A stretch of DNA of 64,000 nucleotides from an uncultured Gammaproteobacteria bacterium (lineage in GTDB: Bacteria; Pseudomonadota; Gammaproteobacteria; Arenicellales; Arenicellaceae), in assembly GCA_964516915.1 (NCBI GenBank), contig CAZEXS010000003.1:50861-114860 (forward strand), written 5' to 3'. The notes beneath the pieces are model-generated. The model ran no database searches. It was not told where the DNA came from and worked only from the letters and a program-made list of their open reading frames with translations. The position numbers were made by a program, and so were the translations under genes. This document shows, piece by piece, positions 57,049 to 64,000 of this stretch; the first letter of the stretch is position 1; each line of letters starts with the position of its first letter.

Positions 57049-58335
57049 ATGAAAGTATTGATTATTGGCGGCGGCGGTCGTGAACATGCGCTGGCCTGGA
57101 AAGTAGCCCAAGCACAATCGGTCGAAGCCGTATACGTAGCACCGGGCAATGCAGGCACCGCGGGCGAAGCAAAGCTAGAAAACGTCAATATTGATGTTAA
57201 TGATATAGAAGCCCTCGTCGCCTTTGCACAAAGCAATCAAATTGAACTGACGATCGTTGGCCCTGAAGCCCCATTAGTAAACGGCGTGGTCGATGCATTT
57301 CAGAAAGCCAATCGAAACTGTTTTGGCCCCACCGCTGGGGCAGCCCAACTTGAAGGCTCGAAAGCCTTCACCAAAGATTTTCTGGCTAAATACAATATTC
57401 CCACCGGCGGCTACCAAGTTTTTACCGACCCCGACCAAGCTTGCGAATACATAGAACAACAAGGCGCGCCGATCGTAATTAAAGCGGACGGTTTAGCGGC
57501 AGGCAAAGGCGTGATCGTCGCGCTAAGCCTAGAACAAGCCACCGACGCCGCACGCGACATGTTAATTGACAACAAGTTCGGCGATGCCGGTGCGCGCATT
57601 GTGGTTGAGGAATTTTTAGCCGGTGAAGAAGCCAGCTTTATTTGCATGGTCGACGGTGAAAACGTGCTGCCAATGGCCACATCCCAAGATCATAAAGCGC
57701 GCGATAATGCAGACAAAGGCCCCAATACTGGCGGAATGGGTGCGTACTCGCCCGCACCGGTTGTCACGCCTGAAATTCACGACCGCATTATGCAAGAAGT
57801 GATTCGCCCTACGGTAAAAGGCATGCAACAAGAAGGGCACCCTTATATAGGGTTCTTGTACGCAGGGCTGATGATCGCTGCCGACGGCACCCCGAAAGTC
57901 ATTGAATACAATTGCCGTTTCGGCGACCCTGAGACACAACCCATTATGATGCGCCTGCAATCCGATCTTGGCGAACTCTGTCTGTCAGCGCTAAAGCAAG
58001 AGCTTGATAGCGTAACCGCTGATTGGGACAGCCGCGCTGCATTGGGCGTGGTTCTCGCCGCAGGCGGCTACCCTGAAAGCTACGCCAAAGGCGAAGTGAT
58101 TAGCGGCTTAGACACATGCGATACCGACAGCTGCAAGACCTTTCACGCCGGCACCAAACTCGATGGTGACAATGTAGTCACCGCGGGCGGCCGAGTTTTA
58201 TGCGTAACGGCGCTGGGTAAGAACGTCAGCGAAGCGCAGTCATTGGCGTATCAATCGGTTGAGAAAATCACTTGGAACAATGAATATCACCGTGACGATA
58301 TTGGCTACCGAGCGGTTGCGCGCGAAACAGGCTAG
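57049..58335 (+). CDS. purD: Phosphoribosylamine-glycine ligase
   Basis: MKVLIIGGGGREHALAWK and the ATP-grasp core (IVIKADGLAAGKGV, EEFLAGEEASF). Confidence 0.96.
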   Translation: MKVLIIGGGGREHALAWKVAQAQSVEAVYVAPGNAGTAGEAKLENVNIDVNDIEALVAFAQSNQIELTIVGPEAPLVNGVVDAFQKANRNCFGPTAGAAQLEGSKAFTKDFLAKYNIPTGGYQVFTDPDQACEYIEQQGAPIVIKADGLAAGKGVIVALSLEQATDAARDMLIDNKFGDAGARIVVEEFLAGEEASFICMVDGENVLPMATSQDHKARDNADKGPNTGGMGAYSPAPVVTPEIHDRIMQEVIRPTVKGMQQEGHPYIGFLYAGLMIAADGTPKVIEYNCRFGDPETQPIMMRLQSDLGELCLSALKQELDSVTADWDSRAALGVVLAAGGYPESYAKGEVISGLDTCDTDSCKTFHAGTKLDGDNVVTAGGRVLCVTALGKNVSEAQSLAYQSVEKITWNNEYHRDDIGYRAVARETG

Positions 58336-58422
58336 CATCAATCGAACTGACTGATCTAAGTAAGAATGAAATACAAGCACAAAAAAAGCCCAGCAGCCAG
58401 TGCCATCTATTAGAATAAAAAT

Positions 58423-59328
58423 ATGAAAGCCTATCTAGATCTTTTAAAAGACGTACACGAAAACGGCGTTGGTAAAGACGACCGTACCGGCACCGGCACG
58501 CGAAGTGTGTTTGGCCGGCAAATTCGTTGTGACTTGTCACAAGGCTTTCCGCTACTAACAACTAAAAAGGTATTTCTGCGCGGCATTATTCACGAATTAC
58601 TTTGGTTTGTTCGTGGCGACACCAACATCAAATACTTAGTTGATAACAAGGTGGGCATTTGGAATGAATGGCCATTTCAAAACTACTTGAACAAACAAGG
58701 CTTCACCGATCTTTCGAGAGAGTCTTGCGAATGGCAAGACCGCTTAGAAGAATTTGTTCTGAACATTGAAAAAGACCCAGAATTCGCCAAACAATGGGGC
58801 GAACTCGGGCCAGTGTACGGTAAGCAATGGCGTAATTTTTCAGGCATTGACCAGCTCGAATGGGTGATCAATGAGATAAAAACCAACCCAACGTCCAGAC
58901 GTTTAATAGTCTCCGCCTGGAACCCAGCGGAGATTGAAGAAATGGCCAAAGCCGGCCTGCCGCCCTGCCACACCCTATTTCAGTTCTATGTGTCGCCCGA
59001 CAACAAGCTCAGCTGCCAGTTGTATCAACGCAGTGCCGACCTCTTCTTAGGCGTGCCGTTTAATATTGCCAGCTACGCCCTGCTTACCATGATGGTCGCG
59101 CAAGCCTGTGATCTTGAGTTGGGTGATTTTGTGCACGCTTTCGGCGACGTACATATCTACAACAATCATCACGAGCAAGTATTAGAACAATTGAGCCGCA
59201 CTCCAAAAGCATTACCCACAATGCGGCTAAACCCAGCGGTTACAAACCTGTTTGATTTTAAATTTGAAGACTTTGAGCTGCTCGATTACACGGCCGACCC
59301 AACGATTCGCGCACCGGTGGCGGTTTGA
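58423..59328 (+). CDS. thyA: Thymidylate synthase (ThyA type, with an insertion)
   Basis: [18 protein letters not shown], active-site PPCH, and [17 protein letters not shown]. At 301 aa it is longer than the 264-aa E. coli enzyme. Confidence 0.95.
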   Translation: MKAYLDLLKDVHENGVGKDDRTGTGTRSVFGRQIRCDLSQGFPLLTTKKVFLRGIIHELLWFVRGDTNIKYLVDNKVGIWNEWPFQNYLNKQGFTDLSRESCEWQDRLEEFVLNIEKDPEFAKQWGELGPVYGKQWRNFSGIDQLEWVINEIKTNPTSRRLIVSAWNPAEIEEMAKAGLPPCHTLFQFYVSPDNKLSCQLYQRSADLFLGVPFNIASYALLTMMVAQACDLELGDFVHAFGDVHIYNNHHEQVLEQLSRTPKALPTMRLNPAVTNLFDFKFEDFELLDYTADPTIRAPVAV

Positions 59329-59416
59329 GTATTGAAAAACCAGCGGTGACCAACACACTCATCGCTAAGAGCCTTTTCACGGCTACCTGAAAGTAAGCTC
59401 TGGAGAATACAGACGT

Positions 59417-59899
59417 ATGGAAATAGTGTTGATTGCGGCCATTGGTGAAAATGGCGAAATGGGCCATAACAATGAATTGCTCTGGCACTTGCCGGGCGAC
59501 TTACCGCGCTTCAAAGAACTCACCATGGGCTCGCCCATCATTATGGGTCGTAAAACATTTGACTCGATTGGTCGCGCCCTGCCCGGCCGCTTGAACATTG
59601 TGCTTACTGAAAATAAAAATTGGAGCGCCAATGACGTTTCTGTTTGCCACGATTTAGAAAGCACAATAGCGCTAGCCGAACAACAAGGCACCGGCAAAGC
59701 TTTCGTTATTGGAGGCGGGCAAATCTACAAGTTATTTTTAGCTTACGCTACCTCCATGGAGCTTACCGAAGTTGCAGACGCCCCACAGGCAGACACGTTT
59801 TTCCCTAACTTTTCAGGGCGCGATTTTAAAGAAACCCAGCGTATAAAGGTAACCGACAATCAGCCCACATTTGATTACGTCACCTACCAAAAGCTCTAA
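59417..59899 (+). CDS. folA: Dihydrofolate reductase
   Basis: IAAIGENGEMGHNNELLWHLPGDLPRFKELTMGSPIIMGRKTFDSIG. Confidence 0.92.
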   Translation: MEIVLIAAIGENGEMGHNNELLWHLPGDLPRFKELTMGSPIIMGRKTFDSIGRALPGRLNIVLTENKNWSANDVSVCHDLESTIALAEQQGTGKAFVIGGGQIYKLFLAYATSMELTEVADAPQADTFFPNFSGRDFKETQRIKVTDNQPTFDYVTYQKL

Positions 59900-59949
59900 T
59901 TATTTTGAGCCAACTTATTTAATCAGAACCACAGATCACCGAGACCATC

Positions 59950-60609
59950 ATGACCCCAGAGCAAGCCAAACAACTCGTCGCCGAAGCCGCCATACAGTAC
60001 ATTGAATGGGACTGGGTAATCGGCGTGGGCACAGGCTCAACCGCCAACCTGTTTATTGATGAGTTGGCAAAAATTAAAGGCCAAATAGAAGGCGCGGTGG
60101 CAAGCTCAGAAGCCTCAGCTGAAAGACTGAGCAATCACGGCATACGGGTATTTGAACTAGATCAAGTTGGTGACCTGCCCATTTACATAGACGGCGCCGA
60201 CGAGTCGACCAAGCATCTGCACCTTATCAAAGGCGGTGGTGCCGCGCTTACGCGTGAAAAAATAGTCGCCGCCGCCAGCGATAAATTCATATGCATCGCC
60301 GACGATTCCAAACTGGTCGGCACACTGGGCGCGTTTCCTCTACCCATTGAAGTCATTCCAATGGCCAAGTCTTATGTATCGCGCCAATTAGTCAAACTCG
60401 GCGGCAACCCAATATTTCGCGAAGGGGTGGTCACCGACAATGGCAATATCATTATCGATGTACACGATATGAAAATCGACAACCCGGTAGCACTTGAAAA
60501 CACCATCAACCAAATTGCCGGTGTGGTCACCAATGGCCTTTTTGCACAACGCGGAGCTGATGTATTGCTTTTGGGCGGCAGCGACGGCGTCACCAAGATT
60601 GAAGCATAA
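59950..60609 (+). CDS. rpiA: Ribose-5-phosphate isomerase A
   Basis: [26 protein letters not shown]. Confidence 0.95.
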   Translation: MTPEQAKQLVAEAAIQYIEWDWVIGVGTGSTANLFIDELAKIKGQIEGAVASSEASAERLSNHGIRVFELDQVGDLPIYIDGADESTKHLHLIKGGGAALTREKIVAAASDKFICIADDSKLVGTLGAFPLPIEVIPMAKSYVSRQLVKLGGNPIFREGVVTDNGNIIIDVHDMKIDNPVALENTINQIAGVVTNGLFAQRGADVLLLGGSDGVTKIEA

Positions 60610-60683
60610 ACCTCATTCACGCAAGAATATCGGACGGTCGGCGAACAACCGCCGCCAATCAATAAATACGCAATGGGGCTGAC

Positions 60684-61709
60684 GTGAAACTCATCAGTGA
60701 CACACTGCTAAGCTGGCACAGTGACCATGGTCGCCACGACCTACCGTGGCAAAACACCCAAGACGCTTACCGTATTTGGGTATCTGAAATCATGCTGCAA
60801 CAAACCCAAGTTGCGACCGTCATAGATTACTACCAGCGCTTTATGCAGCGCTTCCCCACCATAGTGGCGCTTGCTAATGCACCTACCGACGAAGTACTGC
60901 ATTTGTGGACCGGCCTGGGCTACTACGCACGTGCGCGAAACCTGCATAAAGCCGCTCAAATTGTCGCCACTCAACACAAAGGCAAATTCCCTACAAACTT
61001 TGATGAAGTGATTGCACTGCCCGGCATTGGCCGATCTACCGCTGGCGCAATTCTGGCGTTTTCAACACAACAACGATTCGCCATTCTAGACGGCAACGTA
61101 AAACGCGTGCTCGCACGCTTCTATGCGGTAGAAGGCTGGTATGGCAAAAAAGCCGTTGAGCAACGTTTATGGGGCTTGGCCGAGCAAAATACGCCCGACA
61201 AGAACGTGCATGTGTACACGCAGGCCATTATGGACTTCGGCGCAACCCTATGCAGCCGAAGCAAACCAAAGTGCCAAGACTGCCCGCTGGCGGACGATTG
61301 TTTAGCCTATAAGCACCAACGCGTTACCGAATTGCCGCACGGCAAACCAAAAACCGCTAAACCAACCAAGCAGACTTACATGTTATTGGTGAAAAACGCC
61401 AATGACGAATTTCTGTTGAAACAAAACCCGCCCAGCGGCATTTGGGGCGGCTTATGGTGCCCACCGCAAACAAAAGCGTTAGAGCAAGACATCACGATTT
61501 CAGGCCACACGATTGAAACGCTAGAAACGCTACCCATGTATAAGCACACGTTTAGCCATTATCATTTAGAGATCACACCGGTTCTGTGCCGGCTTTCAGG
61601 CGCTGTCAGCCAAGCCTGCGAAGATGATCAAACCTGGTATATGTTAAACTCTGACCAAGAGTTAGGGCTGGCCGCGCCAGTCAAGAAATTATTAGAGAAG
61701 TACGCATAA
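60684..61709 (+). CDS. mutY: A/G-specific adenine DNA glycosylase
   Basis: HhH-GPD ([15 protein letters not shown]), a 4Fe-4S loop ([17 protein letters not shown]) and a NUDIX-like C-domain. GTG start. Confidence 0.93.
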   Translation: MKLISDTLLSWHSDHGRHDLPWQNTQDAYRIWVSEIMLQQTQVATVIDYYQRFMQRFPTIVALANAPTDEVLHLWTGLGYYARARNLHKAAQIVATQHKGKFPTNFDEVIALPGIGRSTAGAILAFSTQQRFAILDGNVKRVLARFYAVEGWYGKKAVEQRLWGLAEQNTPDKNVHVYTQAIMDFGATLCSRSKPKCQDCPLADDCLAYKHQRVTELPHGKPKTAKPTKQTYMLLVKNANDEFLLKQNPPSGIWGGLWCPPQTKALEQDITISGHTIETLETLPMYKHTFSHYHLEITPVLCRLSGAVSQACEDDQTWYMLNSDQELGLAAPVKKLLEKYA

Positions 61710-61742
61710 CCGCAACATCTAAAAAACACCAAAGAGAACATC

Positions 61743-62042
61743 ATGTCACGCACCGTATTCTGCCAAAAACTCAACACCGAAGCCCCCGGCCTACCCTTTC
61801 AAACATGGCCTGGTGAACTGGGAAAGCGCGTCTTCGAAAACATTTCACAACAAGCCTGGGATCAATGGATTAACCACCAAACCATGCTGATTAACGAATA
61901 TCGCCTCAACCCAATGGACCCAAAAGCCAAAGAAATGATCACCTCAGAAATGGAAAAGTTTCTATTTGGCGACGGCGCAGAAAAACCCGCAGACTACGTG
62001 CCGCCCAGCGATTCAAATGACCCAATCATGGAAGAATTTTAG
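61743..62042 (+). CDS. yggX: Fe(2+)-trafficking / oxidative-damage protection protein YggX
   Basis: [39 protein letters not shown]. It is downstream of mutY, as in E. coli. Confidence 0.9.
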   Translation: MSRTVFCQKLNTEAPGLPFQTWPGELGKRVFENISQQAWDQWINHQTMLINEYRLNPMDPKAKEMITSEMEKFLFGDGAEKPADYVPPSDSNDPIMEEF

Positions 62043-62079
62043 ATACTGCGAAAAAAACCAAATCTAGAGTCAAAAATAC

Positions 62080-62108
62080 TTGACTCAAAGGGCGTATTAG
62101 ATTGTAAT
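62080..62108 (+). promoter_or_regulatory. Candidate sigma-70 promoter for tRNA-Phe
   Basis: TTGACT (62080-62085), a 17-nt spacer, TGTAAT (62103-62108), then a GC-rich discriminator (tcgccctcc). A hairpin aaacggaa/ttccgttt (62118-62138) lies between it and the tRNA, which lowers my confidence. Confidence 0.35.
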
Positions 62109-62177
62109 TCGCCCTCCAAACGGAACCCACTTCCGTTTATTTGTTAAGCCTTTCCCAAAGGCGCTTTAAAGACAAAT

Positions 62178-62253
62178 GGCCAGGTAGCTCAGTCGGTAGA
62201 GCAGGGGACTGAAAATCCCCGTGTCGGCAGTTCGATTCTGTCCCTGGCCACCA
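62178..62253 (+). tRNA. pheV: tRNA-Phe (anticodon GAA), CCA encoded
   Basis: Cloverleaf folded by hand: acceptor GGCCAGG/CCTGGCC, D-arm GCTCAGTCGGTAGAGC, anticodon loop CTGAAAA, T-arm GGCAGTTCGATTCTGTC. Confidence 0.97.
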
Positions 62254-62377
62254 TTTTTCTTCTTTAAAAACAATAATTTAAGAAATTTCCGCGTCTTGCT
62301 TAACGTTCCTTAACTTGACAAAAACCCCTCCCGTTCACACACTGTTCACAGTGCTCAACAGCTATAGTGTGAATAAA

Positions 62378-63436
62378 ATGGCAAATATCCGCAAATTACC
62401 ATCGGGAAGTTGGAATGCTCAAATACGTGTAAAAGGATGGCCAGACGTATCTAAAACATTCCGCATAAAAAGAGATGCTGAGCAGTGGGCAAGAACAACC
62501 GAAGATGAGATAACGAGAGGCATACACGTTAACCGTAGTAACGCCGAAAAACTCACGGTCGAAAAAGCCCTACTTCGCTATACAAACGAAGTTACAACAA
62601 CTAAAAAACCATCAACACAGAAACGCGAATTAGTTATTGCTGAACAGCTAAAAGCCGAGCTCGGTAAATATACAATGACTTCACTTAACTCTGAAATCAT
62701 TGCCAAATATAGGGACGACAGACTAGAACGCGGTAAAAGTGCCAATACTGTCAGGCTCGAGCTTGCCTTACTTAGCCACTTGTTCACGACAGCAATAAAG
62801 GAATGGCGAATAGGGCTGCCCTCTAACCCCGTCTTAAACGTTAGAAAACCATCGCCAGGCAAAGGCCGAAACAGAAGACTAGTCGGAGATGAAGAAGATC
62901 GTTTACTTAGAGCATGCAGCGCACACCCCAATCCTTTTCTTGTCTGGATCGTTAAGCTAGCGCTATACACAGCTATGAGAAAGGGGGAAATACTCTCTCT
63001 TACACTTGATCAAATCAATTTAGAGAAGCGTACAATATTTCTCAAGGATACAAAAAACAATGACGTGCGCACAGTTCCTCTGATGCACGATGCTTACGAA
63101 GCGGTAGAAGCAGCTATTAATTACCCCATGAGACAACATGATACCGAACTACTCTTCTATGGAGAACCCGGAAGAGAAGGAATTCGGAATTCATACATAG
63201 TCAATAGAGTATGGGCAAAGGCTCTCGAAAAAGCCGAAATAGAAGACTTCAGGTTTCATGATCTACGGCACGAGGCAACAAGCCGGTTTGTTGAAGCAGG
63301 CTTATCAGATCAGCAGGTATCGGCAATCACTGGTCATAAATCAATGCAAATGTTGAAACGATATACTCATCTCAGAAATGAAGATTTGGTAGGCCTGCTG
63401 GATAGCCGTTTCAATTCGGCAAACAAAACGCATTGA
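62378..63436 (+). CDS. int: Tyrosine-type site-specific recombinase (phage integrase family)
   Basis: Catalytic-domain motifs: TAMRKGEIL (Arg), FHDLRHEATS (HxxR), GHKSMQMLKRYTH (His...Tyr). The ATG at 62378 (MANIRKLPSGSW) is preferred over the TTG at 62315. Confidence 0.9.
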   Translation: MANIRKLPSGSWNAQIRVKGWPDVSKTFRIKRDAEQWARTTEDEITRGIHVNRSNAEKLTVEKALLRYTNEVTTTKKPSTQKRELVIAEQLKAELGKYTMTSLNSEIIAKYRDDRLERGKSANTVRLELALLSHLFTTAIKEWRIGLPSNPVLNVRKPSPGKGRNRRLVGDEEDRLLRACSAHPNPFLVWIVKLALYTAMRKGEILSLTLDQINLEKRTIFLKDTKNNDVRTVPLMHDAYEAVEAAINYPMRQHDTELLFYGEPGREGIRNSYIVNRVWAKALEKAEIEDFRFHDLRHEATSRFVEAGLSDQQVSAITGHKSMQMLKRYTHLRNEDLVGLLDSRFNSANKTH

Positions 63437-63656
63437 AGCGCTCTACTTGTACATTTGACTATTAAATGCTAAGTTAATCTTAAGTAGTCATGCGAATGAA
63501 AGATTACTCGTAGTTTCGATTTCTTCATCCCTAACTCGTCGCGTGTCCAACAAACGAGTTACCGCACTCTGCGGATTTAATCCAAAACTTGCTTTTAATT
63601 TTAAATACGTGCGCCCGTGCGTGCGCTTATTTACATACATTCGCTAGGAGAAAATC

Positions 63657-63896
63657 ATGAGTGATATCACCGAACAAATGACTGATATTCTGATCAAAAA
63701 ATATGGCCCATTTCTAAGTATTAATCAACTTGCAGATGCCCTCGACAGGTCGCCGGAGGGTTTACGAATCACGCTAATGCGTGACTCGGAAGTGTCGCGA
63801 CAATTTCAATGTGCGCGATCAAAAATCGGACGTCGAGTCTATTTTAATGCCGTCAGCGTAGCCGAAATAATGACCACTAATGCAACGTCAACCTAA
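63657..63896 (+). CDS. Small excisionase/AlpA/PrtN-like HTH DNA-binding protein
   Basis: 79 aa with an HTH-like LSINQLADALDRSPEGLR followed by KIGRRVYFNAVSVAEIM, the layout of AlpA/excisionase-type proteins. SD aggaga upstream. Confidence 0.45.
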   Translation: MSDITEQMTDILIKKYGPFLSINQLADALDRSPEGLRITLMRDSEVSRQFQCARSKIGRRVYFNAVSVAEIMTTNATST

Positions 63897-64000
63897 TACT
63901 ATTTCACGTTGGCTAAAACAGACATTTGAACAAAGAAGACATTTTTACAAGCCGTTTATTTCTTAAGATTTATATCTAATGCCCCGCTATGAAACACTTA

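Larger units (their letters stand above)
62254..64000. mobile_element. Left end of a tRNA-Phe-associated integrative island (continues beyond the window)
   Basis: An integrase gene starts 124 nt after the tRNA 3' end, followed by an excisionase-like HTH gene. This is where core mutY-yggX synteny stops. attR is not in the window. Confidence 0.5.

Noticed and set aside
57274-57960. Several minus-strand ORFs of 62-114 aa
   Set aside because: They are antisense to purD.
62315-62377. N-terminal 21-residue extension of the integrase from a TTG start
   Set aside because: The ATG at 62378 gives the typical MANIRKLPSGSW integrase N-terminus. The extension has no support.

Overview
This is a 64-kb stretch of a gammaproteobacterial chromosome. 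The gene order looks Pseudomonas/Oceanospirillales-like: cc4-engB, polA-DUF2782, ponB-lpoP, ftsYEX-rpoH, thrH and mutY-yggX-tRNA-Phe. The sequence is moderately AT-rich. I can support about 58 protein-coding genes, one tRNA-Phe(GAA), one FMN riboswitch, a few intrinsic terminators and several short tandem or inverted repeats.

The content is overwhelmingly core housekeeping:
- Replication and repair: polA, mutY.
- Cell division and envelope: ftsYEX, mrcB, an L,D-transpeptidase.
- Cofactor and nucleotide metabolism: coaD, ribH, purD, thyA, folA, hemW, hemJ.
- Amino-acid catabolism: kbl-tdh, ggt.
- RNA modification: rsmD, trmB, trmL.

I see no rRNA, CRISPR array, IS element, toxin-antitoxin pair or recognisable defence system.

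The only mobile-element signature is a tyrosine integrase plus an excisionase-like gene directly 3' of tRNA-Phe at the right edge. Any island cargo lies beyond position 64000, so a novel system, if one is linked to this window, is most likely there.

Inside the window the items most worth a second look are:
- A secreted protein built of about 23-residue receptor-L-domain/LRR-like repeats (14160-15176).
- An extremely Asn/Tyr/Arg-rich secreted protein (34304-34894).
- A lone bacterial dynamin-like GTPase with a PEGA lipoprotein, divergent from mrcB-lpoP.
- A peptidoglycan-remodelling module inserted between engB and polA, whose roughly 100-aa C-terminal domain recurs on three different proteins.
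- Two long untranslated gaps (2340-3094 and 15177-15557) that carry structured elements and share a sequence motif. These are candidate sRNAs or small repeat elements.

All functional calls come from motif and family recognition by eye. No searches were run.
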